Source: Lingula anatina
Lineage: Eukaryota > Animalia > Brachiopoda
DNA length: 64,000 bases
Reading direction: 5' to 3'
Assembly: GCA_051362555.1 (NCBI GenBank)
Contig: CM120640.1
Span: forward strand, 39,658,788 to 39,722,787
The translations under genes and the position numbers were made by a program. The notes below the pieces were generated by a model, which was not told where the DNA came from, searched no databases, and saw only the letters and a list, made by a program, of their open reading frames with translations. Positions 11,101-24,090 of the stretch are shown here, piece by piece. Position 1 is the first letter of the stretch; the number at the start of each line of letters is the position of its first letter.

Positions 11101-14100
11101 AATCATGTAATTTATGGTATCTGGAATGAAAATCACTATTCATAACAATCTTTACCTGTGATGTGACAATTTATAAATAAAAGCACATGATAATGAAGGT
11201 TGGACAACCTTTTTGACCAATGTTGTAATGTATCTAGAATGATGAATTTACCTTTTGTAGCCCTACTAATGCAGCCTTTTGACCATAACAACCCAATCTT
11301 TTTTTTGTGTGTAATCAATAAAACCTTCCTACATGTTGGCAAACACTGCTTATCGATTTTATAAGTATGTCTACTTGCCTGAGTCAAATTTAAATAGCAG
11401 CGCCGTCACGTATTGTCTCGTATAAAAACAATTTATATATTTTATCTGACACGAACCCAACGAAAAGTTAATTAAGTAGAGCGCTAGCGTAGAAACGAGG
11501 TGAGGATTTAATTGGTTTCATGTGAATGTACTACAGTAGGATTTTCCTTATCAACTGCATCAATCAATAGCAAACTCATTTTAAATTTAAATTTGGTAAT
11601 GGTTCCTTGGTATGCTACATTGCTACTGAAAGAGACCCAGATCCACTTAAGCTTTCAATGAAAAAAAAAAGTATCTGAACTACTGTCCTTACGTTTCATC
11701 ACATTAAAGGGAAATAGTGTTCCGATGTTCTGACTCTATATTATATAAAGTATTGACGTGGAATGATTCTGTTAAGGTGGAATGGGATTGATATTATATT
11801 TTCATAAAGATTATCTTTTAAACATTTTTAATCAATTTATGATCTTTACTTTATTTTACAATTACACAACTCGTTCAAAGCAATGTAATATGTGACCGTT
11901 TACCGTTAAAAAAGGTGTTATGGACAAAAACAAATTTAATAGCAAAACATAGCAAGATTTGAAAATAATAAACAGAATATGAATTCAGTATGTCAAGCAT
12001 AAATTTTAAGGTATAGGGGCGAACATAAAGTGGGAAATACTACAAGAAACAGATTCCCTGATGATGAATGTAACCTCCGCCTTATTCATGAGCTCAAAAA
12101 ACGGGATCCAAAGGATATTCCCGGTTATAAGCATCTTTGTTACCCCTTGCCTCTATGAGAAAACCCATAACTTATTTTGCATTGACAAGTAATAACAATC
12201 CCGCAACCAGGCACAAATGATCAAAATGTGATTTCGAATTATTAAAATCATATTTAATTTTTCTAAACTCCTTTCCCCCTTCTTTTTAGGCATTCGAATT
12301 CTTTTCTTGATGATTACTTTTTTTAGTAGCGCACAAATACTTAATCTAAATGTAGAAAACAACTTTTTTAAAGAACAAATCAAGCACATGCCTATTATGT
12401 GGAGGAATAGAATAGAAACCAATAAAAATTTGAAATCCAGTTTCAATATTTTTGTTGTCTCAAATTCAGAAAAAAATTCAAGCAGGAATATTTTCAGTTG
12501 GTCTTATTTATGCTTCGCGAAAATGAAGTGGCCTTTAAGGGAATTTTAATATGTCTACACAACAAAGTGGCGGTTTGATTGTGGTGGTGCACGCAATGAC
12601 GATCAATGAATTCATTATTCTTTACCGCGCCAAGAATTCAGCCAAACACTTTTTATTTGGTGTTATGTGTATTAAAGCTAATATAGAGCGAGTTGAAGAA
12701 AAATGAAAAATATTTTAATAGGTATAATAGATTTATATGTATTTTTATTATACAATTTGTATTACAAGATATCAGATATATGCTTCAACAAAAATTTTAC
12801 TAAATTATTTTTTTGTACTTATAAATGCATTTGTTAAAGGTCTAGGAGAGAGACAATCTTTTGCTATAATGTAAAGTGATTTTTGTAATTGTAATTAAGT
12901 ACTTGGGGATCCCGTTAAAACATTTAAACTATTATTGTGATAAACATCCATATTAAGCTTTTAAGGCTCGCAAAAACTTCGATTGCAAACAATTCTTCAA
13001 GAAAAACCATTCATTGTTATTAATGACTAAAAAAAAGCAATGTTCTCATCTGGTTTTGAGGTATCGTAAACGAAACTAAAAACATTAGGAGTAATAAGCA
13101 CAAATGACTCACCACTTACACTTTAAAATTAAAATAGATATTTCATTTATATAAAAGTCGACAGTACCATATTTCGATCTCTTTACATGAAGGAACTTGG
13201 TTTTTGAAAGCTCTCTTTCTAATCTCTAAACTCAAAAATTCACATTCCTAATGTAGTATAATTCTTGTAAGGCTCAATTATCTACTTATCTCAAAACATT
13301 TTAAAGCTATTCTTGCATTTTATATTAAAATGACATATGAAAAAAATTAACCGATAGGTAAACACCTATCGTTTAAATATTGCCATATGTCAACTTTAAT
13401 TGCAGACAAAAATTATCATTCATACATTATGGTTTGTTCTTTTTTGTTTAAATTCTCAATTCTCAATGAAGAGAAATCAAGTAAATCTTTATGTAGCCAG
13501 AAGTTCACAAGCACAGCGAAGTTCTGTTTTTGCCTAAATGAAAATATATGAAGTCCATATAACTGAAAATTGTCATTTATTAATGAAAAAAATAATAATA
13601 ATAATAAGATAGTTACAAAGTTACAAAAATGGGGGGATAATCATACTAAGACTATTTCCTTTGAGCCTAATGTTGATGTATATAAACAAAATTATTACCA
13701 CCACTAGAAACAAACCATTTACTACATAAATGCAGTTAATTATCTTAATTTTTGCATATGAAACCTGAAGTTTGTTTCCTGTCTGTTTAATGTTTACTGA
13801 GCACTAAATGTGTACAGGTGACATTTGCTGGCTCTACGAAGAGTAGTATATATACATCTATACAGTTAGTATAATAATGACTATCATAACATGACATTAT
13901 ATACACATCTATACATGTGATATTTAAATACGCTTTTAAGGCTGCTTTACGACAGTGACAGTGCTTTGCTTGCAACACATTACGAGTTGAGGATATTTGA
14001 CATTTTAATTTCATCATTGTCTCATAGGCTTGTCTCAATTTTTGTGGTTATTTCATGTTCCTAACTAGGGTAGTGTACTGATTTTCTCATCATATTTGCT

Positions 14101-14200
14101 AGTCCCCATGTTTCATAAAGTATTTTGGTGGCTGATATCCAGGTACATGAATATTTCTTATCATCTAACTCGGCAAAATGAAGTAACACCATAACAAGAA
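8113..14200 (+). repeat. Segmental tandem repeat, copy 2 of 3 (6088 bp)
   Basis: Near-identical to 1687-7770. Differences are mostly homopolymer lengths plus a few substitutions. Confidence 0.97.
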
Positions 14201-14538
14201 AACCTGGCTACCTATTGCACCAAGTGCTTGGGCAAGAATAAGCTTCTCTTTTACCTCCGCCAAGGATATTATGTTTTACCCCTGTTTGTTTGTCTGTTTG
14301 TCTGTAGCATAACTCAAAAAGTTATTGACCGATTTTGATGAAATTTTCAGGAACTGTCAGAAGTGGGCCAAGGAAGAGATGGTTAGTTTTTGGTGGTGAT
14401 CCAGATCAATAATCAATCAATAATCAATAATAATCGAAAATCGCTGCCTTGGCAGAGGTCTGCGCTCTCGGAGTGCTTTCATAGTTTGTCATTTTATCTA
14501 GGGAGCATATGTGACCTACTATACGTTTTGGCCATGAC
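14201..14538 (-). repeat. Junction 2: 338-bp inverted copy of 512-853, same breakpoints as junction 1
   Basis: Identical end points. Differs from junction 1 inside the HINE (TCTGTAGCATAAC vs TCTGTCATCAACATAAC; TAATCGAAAA vs TAATCAAAAA). Confidence 0.96.
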
Positions 14539-17500
14539 GGCCTATTTTTAAAGATATTGTTTCAATGTCTTGTGATTTTTTATGCCTGTAAAGTTTTGCT
14601 GTCTAGTTTCTGTTTAAAAATAGATAGGCAATTTGGACAGAGAGAGGATTATGTCCCAGCATACTTCTTCTAAGAAAAAACTTATCAGTGCTTACTTGAA
14701 CGAATTAGTGATATTCTGTCAGCAGTAGGTTTATGATGCACATGTAATCACGCGGTTGCTGGCTAACATATCACGTTGATACCTATGTAATGTTATGAAA
14801 GCGGATAGTAATTGATTATAACTTAATAAGCCATGGGATTGACAGCTGTGTGGACAATTCGCATGCGCTGAGATAACGTACGTCGTGTCCGTAAAATCTT
14901 TACTTCTGAACCTGCCACAATAAATGCTACGATAAGAAAAAAAACTAATCGCGAAGAAAGCGCTAAAGTTCCTGTTACAAAGATTACCAAATTTGACCCA
15001 TTCTCACAAATATGTAACAAAAGAAAAGGGTGCAGTATTTTAAGTTAATGAATTTAACACTCTACAATAATTACTCTACAATAATTTCTTTCGTCTTTTT
15101 AACATTAAGCTCGAGGTCGTTTTCAGAGCAACGGTACCATCAAACAAGGTCTGAAACTTGACTTCGATAATCATATGGATTTTTGAAATTCTGGATATAT
15201 TATGCTCTGCTGCTTTACTGGATTGACTATTTGCTGATTAATTGTCTCTGTTGAACAACGTAGGGGAGACCGGGGCTAGTTGGACCCCGGGGTAAGTTGC
15301 CCCCCCCCCCCCCCCCATCAATTTATGACAACATAACTATGGGGTATAAGAATTGATCACATCATTTTGTAAAGTGACCGTATCCAATAGTGCTAAGAAA
15401 GCGTCAGCAGTGAGTTCAAATGAAATAATTTAGCATCTTAGAGTGACTTTATTAAAGAGACTCGATGGGGTGGGGGTGGGGGGCTAACTTACCCAACTAG
15501 CCCCGGTTTCCCCTAATTGAACGCGAGGATGCATCAGGGCATGATATATCCAGGGGATCTATCACCGAAAAAAATACTAGATAGGCCTACTGAAAAGTCC
15601 TGGAGACCCCTTTAAATAACTTATAAATTCACCTATTCATTTGAATGGAATAAAGCCTCTATAATTAATAGATATCTGTTTTTTTATTTAATATCAAATA
15701 AAAAAAATACCTGATGTCGATATTTCCTTCTTAAATATTCAACATGAAGTTGATTTAAATGGCTGACCAGTTAAAAAAACTGGTCGAGCCATGATTCAAG
15801 AGTAGGCAAAATGCCTTGTCTGTCGAGGAAAATTTGGACTAGAAAATTCCGGATTAAATGTGGCTATCATACAACATTCGTCAAAAAGGTTGTCCCACCC
15901 CCAGTTTTGTGTGCTTTTATTTATAAATGATCACTTCACAGGAGTTTTGAAATTGCTGTGAATGGTGATTTTCATTACAGATACCATAACTTACATGATC
16001 AGTGGTACAGAAAATACAGACTAGCGGTTAAGTTATCCATATTTAATACCATTTTTTCACATTTATTACATGTATTCCCTCAAATCCGGAGGTAAAGAAA
16101 TATCCATTTAATTGAAATGACACCACCAAATGTCACCAAATTTACACACATCTAGCAATAGGGTGAGCTCGTTAAAGGTCACGTGTCTATTAGCGTGTGT
16201 TTTTCGCGTACTGTGCCGGCGCCGCTGCCTTCAACAAGGGTAACAATTCTGTTTTGTGGGAAATTGCCCCATGCCCCCTAAAAAGCTTGGCGGAATTGAT
16301 CCGGACTATTTGGAGTTTGGTGCTCCTCTGGATTGCACAATTCAATTCATGCCACGGGTGCTCAGTAGGTTTATTATCAGGATTCAAAGCTGGTTTGTCC
16401 AGCCTCAGAACATTGGGTTTCTGCAACAAATCACTCACCACATGAGAACTGTGTGCAAGGTCGCTGTCATGATGAAGCCTGAATCACCCCAAAGTCCCCT
16501 CTTGCAGATGGAATGAGGTATCAGTTGAGAATGTTAGGTTCAGTGACCCCAGAACTACCAGAACGTGGTCAACCATCAGTAGGAACAAGCTGGTTTTGCT
16601 GCAGAATCAAGGTATTTCTTGTATGCCTTCAATGGTCAAATTAGGGCCCGTAGACATATTGCAGAATGCTTTTTAGAAGATGTGTAGGATAATGTCGCCT
16701 GAGGTGTCCAGTCAGTCCACGTTTGGAGATAATTCCAAGCCGATGGTTTTAGTGCATTGTTCTCTCCGGAAAAGAACGTTATTGGGGCAAAATACTGAAA
16801 CATTCTCAACAAATATCTCACTCAATTTGCAAAAGGTGACTTCAGGATTACTGCAGGCGTCATCGTGGAAATGCACTTGCTCACAACTCTCGACTTCTGA
16901 GTGATTGGTTGCAGAAGCACAATGTTCAGATGATGGAGCAACCACCTTTGAGCCTGTTATTAACCTTACTAAACATCTGTGGCATGTATTGAAGTGTGCA
17001 ATGCAAAGGAGAACCAAACTTCTAATAATCTGGACCAACTCCCGGAAGCTCTTTGAAAGAATTGGACAATATCCCATAAAACAGAATTGTTACCCATGTT
17101 GAAGGCAGGGCGCGCCACCTACAGGAGGTAATTACAGTGCGCGGTAAACACAAACGCTATTAGACAAGGAACCTTTAACGAGCACACCCTAATGCCGAAT
17201 GTGTGTAAATTTGATGACATTTGGTGGTGTCATTTCAATTTAATGGACATTTCTCAGGGGCGGATCCAGAGCTATGTTCTGACAGTCTTCCAACCATCCT
17301 CCAATTTTGACCGTCTTCCAAAAGAAAAAATTAGATACCTGTCAATGTAAACTTGAAAATTTGACCGTCTTCTGGAAGACCCAGAAGGCGGCCTAAATCC
17401 GCCCCTGTTTCTTTGCCTCTGTGAAAATCACAGTGAAACGTTGGATTTGCGGGGGGTACATGTAATAAATGTGAATAAATGGTATTAAATACGTATATCT

Positions 17501-20500
17501 TCACCGCTAGTTTGTATTTTCTGTATCAATAATCATGTAATTTATGGTATCTGGAATGAAAATCACTATTCATAACAATCTTTACCTGTGATGTGACAAT
17601 TTATAAATAAAAGCACATGATAATGAAGGTTGGACAACCTTTTTGACCAATGTTGTAATGTATCTAGAATGATGAATTTACCTTTTGTAGCCCTACTAAT
17701 GCAGCCTTTTGACCATAACAACCCAATCTTTTTTTTGTGTGTAATCAATAAAACCTTCCTACATGTTGGCAAACACTGCTTATCGATTTTATAAGTATGT
17801 CTACTTGCCTGAGTCAAATTTAAATAGCAGCGCCGTCACGTATTGTCTCGTATAAAAACAATTTATATATTTTATCTGACACGAACCCAACGAAAAGTTA
17901 ATTAAGTAGAGCGCTAGCGTAGAAACGAGGTGAGGATTTAATTGGTTTCATGTGAATGTACTACAGTAGGATTTTCCTTATCAACTGCATCAATCAATAG
18001 CAAACTCATTTTAAATTTAAATTTGGTAATGGTTCCTTGGTATGCTACATTGCTACTGAAAGAGACCCAGATCCACTTAAGCTTTCAATGAAAAAAAAAA
18101 GTATCTGAACTACTGTCCTTACGTTTCATCACATTAAAGGGAAATAGTGTTCCGATGTTCTGACTCTATATTATATAAAGTATTGACGTGGAATGATTCT
18201 GTTAAGGTGGAATGGGATTGATATTATATTTTCATAAAGATTATCTTTTAAACATTTTTAATCAATTTATTATCTTTACTTTATTTTACAATTACACAAC
18301 TCGTTCAAAGCAATGTAATATGTGACCGTTTACCGTTAAAAAAGGTGTTATGGACAAAAACAAATTTAATAGCAAAACATAGCAAGATTTGAAAATAATA
18401 AACAGAATATGAATTCAGTATGTCAAGCATAAATTTTAAGGTATAGGGGCGAACATAAAGTGGGAAATACTACAAGAAACAGATTCCCTGATGATGAATG
18501 TAACCTCCGCCTTATTCATGAGCTCAAAAAACGGGATCCAAAGGATATTCCCGGTTATAAGCATCTTTGTTACCCCTTGCCTCTATGAGAAAACCCATAA
18601 CTTATTTTGCATTGACAAGTAATAACAATCCCGCAACCAGGCACAAATGATCAAAATGTGATTTCGAATTATTAAAATCATATTTAATTTTTCTAAACTC
18701 CTTTCCCCCTTCTTTTTAGGCATTCGAATTCTTTTCTTGATGATTACTTTTTTTAGTAGCGCACAAATACTTAATCTAAATGTAGAAAACAACTTTTTTA
18801 AAGAACAAATCAAGCACATGCCTATTATGTGGAGGAATAGAATAGAAACCAATAAAAATTTGAAATCCAGTTTCAATATTTTTGTTGTCTCAAATTCAGA
18901 AAAAAATTCAAGCAGGAATATTTTCAGTTGGTCTTATTTATGCTTCGCGAAAATGAAGTGGCCTTTAAGGGAATTTTAATATGTCTACACAACAAAGTGG
19001 CGGTTTGATTGTGGTGGTGCACGCAATGACGATCAATGAATTCATTATTCTTTACCGCGCCAAGAATTCAGCCAAACACTTTTTATTTGGTGTTATGTGT
19101 ATTAAAGCTAATATAGAGCGAGTTGAAGAAAAATGAAAAATATTTTAATAGGTATAATAGATTTATATGTATTTTTATTATACAATTTGTATTACAAGAT
19201 ATCAGATATATGCTTCAACAAAAATTTTACTAAATTATTTTTTTGTACTTATAAATGCATTTGTTAAAGGTCTAGGAGAGAGACAATCTTTTGCTATAAT
19301 GTAAAGTGATTTTTGTAATTGTAATTAAGTACTTGGGGATCCCGTTAAAACATTTAAACTATTATTGTGATAAACATCCATATTAAGCTTTTAAGGCTCG
19401 CAAAAACTTCGATTGCAAACAATTCTTCAAGAAAAACCATTCATTGTTATTAATGACTAAAAAAAAGCAATGTTCTCATCTGGTTTTGAGGTATCGTAAA
19501 CGAAACTAAAAACATTAGGAGTAATAAGCACAAATGACTCACCACTTACACTTTAAAATTAAAATAGATATTTCATTTATATAAAAGTCGACAGTACCAT
19601 ATTTCGATCTCTTTACATGAAGGAACTTGGTTTTTGAAAGCTCTCTTTCTAATCTCTAAACTCAAAAATTCACATTCCTAATGTAGTATAATTCTTGTAA
19701 GGCTCAATTATCTACTTATCTCAAAACATTTTAAAGCTATTCTTGCATTTTATATTAAAATGACATATGAAAAAAATTAACCGATAGGTAAACACCTATC
19801 GTTTAAATATTGCCATATGTCAACTTTAATTGCAGACAAAAATTATCATTCATACATTATGGTTTGTTCTTTTTTGTTTAAATTCTCAATTCTCAATGAA
19901 GAGAAATCAAGTAAATCTTTATGTAGCCAGAAGTTCACAAGCACAGCGAAGTTCTGTTTTTGCCTAAATGAAAATATATGAAGTCCATATAACTGAAAAT
20001 TGTCATTTATTAATGAAAAAAATAATAATAATAATAAGATAGTTACAAAGTTACAAAAATGGGGGGATAATCATACTAAGACTATTTCCTTTGAGCCTAA
20101 TGTTGATGTATATAAACAAAATTATTACCACCACTAGAAACAAACCATTTACTACATAAATGCAGTTAATTATCTTAATTTTTGCATATGAAACCTGAAG
20201 TTTGTTTCCTGTCTGTTTAATGTTTACTGAGCACTAAATGTGTACAGGTGACATTTGCTGGCTCTACGAAGAGTAGTATATATACATCTATACAGTTAGT
20301 ATAATAATGACTATCATAACATGACATTATATACACATCTATACATGTGATATTTAAATACGCTTTTAAGGCTGCTTTACGACAGTGACAGTGCTTTGCT
20401 TGCAACACATTACGAGTTGAGGATATTTGACATTTTAATTTCATCATTGTCTCATAGGCTTGTCTCAATTTTTGTGGTTATTTCATGTTCCTAACTAGGG

Positions 20501-20630
20501 TAGTGTACTGATTTTCTCATCATATTTGCTAGTCCCCATGTTTCATAAAGTATTTTGGTGGCTGATATCCAGGTACATGAATATTTCTTATCATCTAACT
20601 CGGCAAAATGAAGTAACACCATAACAAGAA
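14539..20630 (+). repeat. Segmental tandem repeat, copy 3 of 3 (6092 bp), continuing into unique sequence
   Basis: Ends CCATAACAAGAA|GCGTATCGTG, 10 bp before the stop codon of the B-box gene. Confidence 0.97.
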
Positions 20631-20640
20631 GCGTATCGTG

Positions 20641-21870
20641 TCAAACGTTATGATGAATACTTGAAAGCGCGCTCACCAGAGCTTTGAAATAAGTGTCAAG
20701 GGACTGTTCATTATAGACGGCCTGTTGGCTGCTGTCGCGACTTTGTTTTTCTGCCACTAAAAGTCGAACACGTTCTAAAACCGTACGTGTGGATGTGCAA
20801 ACATTCTCATAAGTCGGCCTAAACAGCAAAATGTTCAAAGGTTTCGCAAATTCTAAGAAAATTTTCGTATTTTTTATATCTGCTTTATTTTCGTCCATCA
20901 ACCAATTCAGCTCATTAATTTCAGCTTGAATAATTTCTTCTCGCTTCTTGAACTCGTCCAAGACATCTTCTTGTATCTGTCTACATTTTGCAGCAAGGAG
21001 TTCTTGTAATTGTGTAAACTTTGCATCGGTTCTCATCAATATTTTCACTCTATTTTCTTGAAGAGAAAGCATATTGCTGTTCAGATCTGCTAGATGTTCT
21101 TTGAAGTTTTGTGAATAGTCATCGAATTTCCGAACGCAGTTTTCCAATTCTGCGAGACGTTTGTCGGCTTCACTAGAAAATTCGTCAATAGCTTGTTTAT
21201 GATCTCTGTGCTTAACTACCACACAGTCTGTACATAGTGGAATTTCGCACTTTCTACAGTACTTACTTAGTTCTCTGTCCGAGTGACTGGAACAACTTTG
21301 TTGGCGGTTCAATACGGGCCGTGGGTTATTACTTACTTCCTGTAAGTCAAGAAGTCCATGAGATTTAAAACATTTTAAACTCTTGTGGTTGTTTGTGCAC
21401 GTTTCGCAGAGGAAAGAATTGCAAATTTCACAATACATTTTGGCAACACCTCCGCTTTGACAACATTGACAACGTATTGCCGAAAACTGGCCCAGTTTCA
21501 GTGCCTGTAATGATGACAGTAGGCGGTGTACAACTGGATCCTCATTTATGATGTCGAGAAACGATGATGCCAGCTCTTCGCCGATGAAGTCCGGTCCCGC
21601 ACGAATTGAATATCCGACCTCTCTCCGCGAAAATTTTACCCTTAACCCCGTCTGCAAAGGAATGTCAAATGTTTCATCCACAGGCTCTGAAGGACAGTGT
21701 TTACCCAGTGGTTGTCTTAAGTAAGTATCTACTGGGCTTAATAATGATGCCATTAACGAATATGGGCGTTTAGATCTTCGGATGCCAGCACCATCCTTCT
21801 GCCGCTGATAGTTTAGCGAAGAATTCGTTGTCATATCTGACAACGAGCATTGGCTCGTTGCGGCTCCCAT
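20641..21870 (-). CDS. RING-less TRIM-like protein (B-box1, B-box2, coiled coil), 409 aa, single-exon CDS
   Basis: B-box1 CQCC..MYCEICNSFLCETCTNNHKSLKCFKSH; B-box2 CSSH..LSKYCRKCEIPLCTDCVVVKHRDH; then a long heptad-rich helix. No NHL, filamin or SPRY domain. N-terminus is MGAATS. Confidence 0.9.
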   Translation of the reverse strand: MGAATSQCSLSDMTTNSSLNYQRQKDGAGIRRSKRPYSLMASLLSPVDTYLRQPLGKHCPSEPVDETFDIPLQTGLRVKFSRREVGYSIRAGPDFIGEELASSFLDIINEDPVVHRLLSSLQALKLGQFSAIRCQCCQSGGVAKMYCEICNSFLCETCTNNHKSLKCFKSHGLLDLQEVSNNPRPVLNRQQSCSSHSDRELSKYCRKCEIPLCTDCVVVKHRDHKQAIDEFSSEADKRLAELENCVRKFDDYSQNFKEHLADLNSNMLSLQENRVKILMRTDAKFTQLQELLAAKCRQIQEDVLDEFKKREEIIQAEINELNWLMDENKADIKNTKIFLEFAKPLNILLFRPTYENVCTSTRTVLERVRLLVAEKQSRDSSQQAVYNEQSLDTYFKALVSALSSIHHNV

Positions 21871-21929
21871 GATGGATATCTTAGGTAATGCCTACGAAAT
21901 ACCACCTTGCGGGGACTTGGATTGTCCAT

Positions 21930-22090
21930 CGCCAACAATGACGCGGCGGTGACGCATACTTAAATGATTGGCCCACGCTGTAATCAAGCCCAGAAAAGGG
22001 GCGAGACCTGATTGGATATTACGTTATCAACGATGTGGCAGGAAAGGGAAACGGCATGTAATTCGGTGTGCCTCATTCTATTGCGTCACA
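21930..22090 (-). promoter_or_regulatory. Likely proximal promoter of the RING-less B-box gene
   Basis: CpG-rich, directly upstream of the ATG. Two CCAAT boxes (ATTGG on plus at ~21967 and ~22011), a GC-box-like GGGGCG (~21998) and three TGACGC CRE/ATF-like half-sites (~21939, ~21950, ~22083). Confidence 0.55.
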
Positions 22091-23142
22091 TGAATACGAA
22101 ATTGATTAGGTTTAGTAAACAATTTTCATTAATTTACAGCAATACAGCGAAATGATTGCACAAAATGCAAAATACACTTTTTTCCACAAGTTTACCTGCT
22201 TTTATTGATTTATTTATTTATTTATTATTACTAAAATTCATTATAGAATCAAATTTTCCTGCGCGGTCTCCCTCGGCTACTTCACTTTTTTATAACCTTG
22301 TTTGTTCAACAGATGAAATCATACAAGAGATGATGCACTTTATCAAGAATACAAGACTGACAATACATATACAAGTAATCCTACAGTAATAAAAAAAATA
22401 AAGAAAGATATAAAAAAAAGGAGAAACTCTTTATAAGATGAAAATGGTGTTATGCAACGGGGCGTACAGCAAAGTGATGAAAGATCAGTAGTATAGACGA
22501 ATTAATTAAAAATTCAATGCAATAGCTTAAAAAATCTGTTTCAATTCTTTATTATCTTTAAATAAGTAGAGCCCTGAGAAGTACAGAGACTGCGCCAGGC
22601 AAAAAAGCACTTGACCAACCTGTCATCCCAGTGTCAAATTCTATATCTCAGAGTTGACCTCTGGTGAATTTTTACACAAAAATGTTTTAAAATAGATTTT
22701 AAACGGTATTCTGAGAGTATCTTCTCTAAATACAATGTGTATAAATACGTCTATTTTAAGTAATTAGTTGGTCGATTCACTCTGTATGAAAAACAAAAAA
22801 ACGCATTGAAAACAGGTGCGCTTTCATATAATAATTAATAAATTGTTAACAACACATAGAAATCTAATATATTCCATTTTAACACCAAAATGGCAGTTAT
22901 CTCAGTCTTCAGAGATTATTACATAAACCACACTCAAAAAAGAAAAAGCAATTGACTAATATTGAATGTGGGAACAGTTCATTAATCATTGGGAAGTAAG
23001 GAAAAAGAGGCATAGCTTGCCAGTTTTCGGTTTATCTAGAGAAAAAATTCGAATTCATTGATGTTCCTTATTTTCTTTTCAAAAAGTTCGCCTAAATATC
23101 AACATCTTTTCAGACATGTTACATATCATCAATTCACTGAGT

Positions 23143-24090
23143 TTATCTTACTACTGAATTATTGAGAAGTTCATCTGCCTCCCGAATACATGTCTCTAAA
23201 TTATCATCAATTCGCTTATATTCAATAAGAACTAAACATGCTCTTTCCGCCTTGATCCAATCCAGAATGTTTAGAGCTGATTTGATCACAGCCTTTAGCT
23301 TAGGATATGTTCTGTTGAGTTGCACAGTCCAAGAATCAAGTTGAGTTTGAAGATCTGTATTGCCTTGATTTTTATTCCTTTGTGATGCAACGGCATTTTG
23401 TCGTTCCAGCAGTTCTCTATTTTTTTCTTTTGCCTGCTCTACCAGTCTTAAAATATTTTCCTTGCACTGCAATTGAGAACAGACACTCTCCAAATACGCA
23501 TTTATCTCGTGTCCATCTGGATGCAATCTTGCTCCCTCGGTGCATAATATTTCATGGCAGTCCATACAGTAATACTTCAACACTTCTCTGCTGTGAAAAT
23601 AACAATGTGTTTCGCGTGTAACTTGAATCGGCACGGTGTTTGAATTATCCTGCGGCTGGCTAAGGTTGTGAAACAAATCGCGCAGTTGCGACTCAGTAAA
23701 AAAAGCATGGCGCCGTAATGGCTTCATACTCTCGTGTGCGCACAGCCCTTGGTCACACATGAACCCGCATTCTGGAAAACTGCACCATGCAACCACGTGC
23801 ACCTTGCATCGGTTTGTGCAACATTCACAATTTAAATTTTCTGAATGACAAAAATATTGTTGAATGGTGGCTAATGCATGCTCCGGACGAGCTATTAAAA
23901 AGTTTCCAAATTCCAGGATTCTACTCTCAGATATGCATGAAGGACACGAAAAACGGTTATCCGCAGGATCCTGAGGAACGCAGTCGTTGCAGAGTGCACA
24001 GCTGCAGGGCAGACGACGTGGGCGTTTAAAGTAATTAATACACTTGCAACAAGTGACACGATCACTGAACCTCGTGAATTCCAAGTCCAT
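23143..24090 (-). CDS. Short TRIM (RING, B-box1, B-box2, short coiled coil), ~315 aa from MDLEF
   Basis: RING CCKC..RLPCSCALCNDC..FSCPSC; B-box1 CECC..AWCSFPECGFMCDQGLCAH..RRH; B-box2 CYFH..KYYCMDCHEILCTEGARLHPDGH. The ORF track starts at 24201, but a pyrimidine tract/CAG acceptor at 24113-24135 and a GTGAGT donor at 24248 suggest a 136-nt 5'UTR intron and a start at ATG 24090. Confidence 0.85.
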   Translation of the reverse strand: MDLEFTRFSDRVTCCKCINYFKRPRRLPCSCALCNDCVPQDPADNRFSCPSCISESRILEFGNFLIARPEHALATIQQYFCHSENLNCECCTNRCKVHVVAWCSFPECGFMCDQGLCAHESMKPLRRHAFFTESQLRDLFHNLSQPQDNSNTVPIQVTRETHCYFHSREVLKYYCMDCHEILCTEGARLHPDGHEINAYLESVCSQLQCKENILRLVEQAKEKNRELLERQNAVASQRNKNQGNTDLQTQLDSWTVQLNRTYPKLKAVIKSALNILDWIKAERACLVLIEYKRIDDNLETCIREADELLNNSVVR

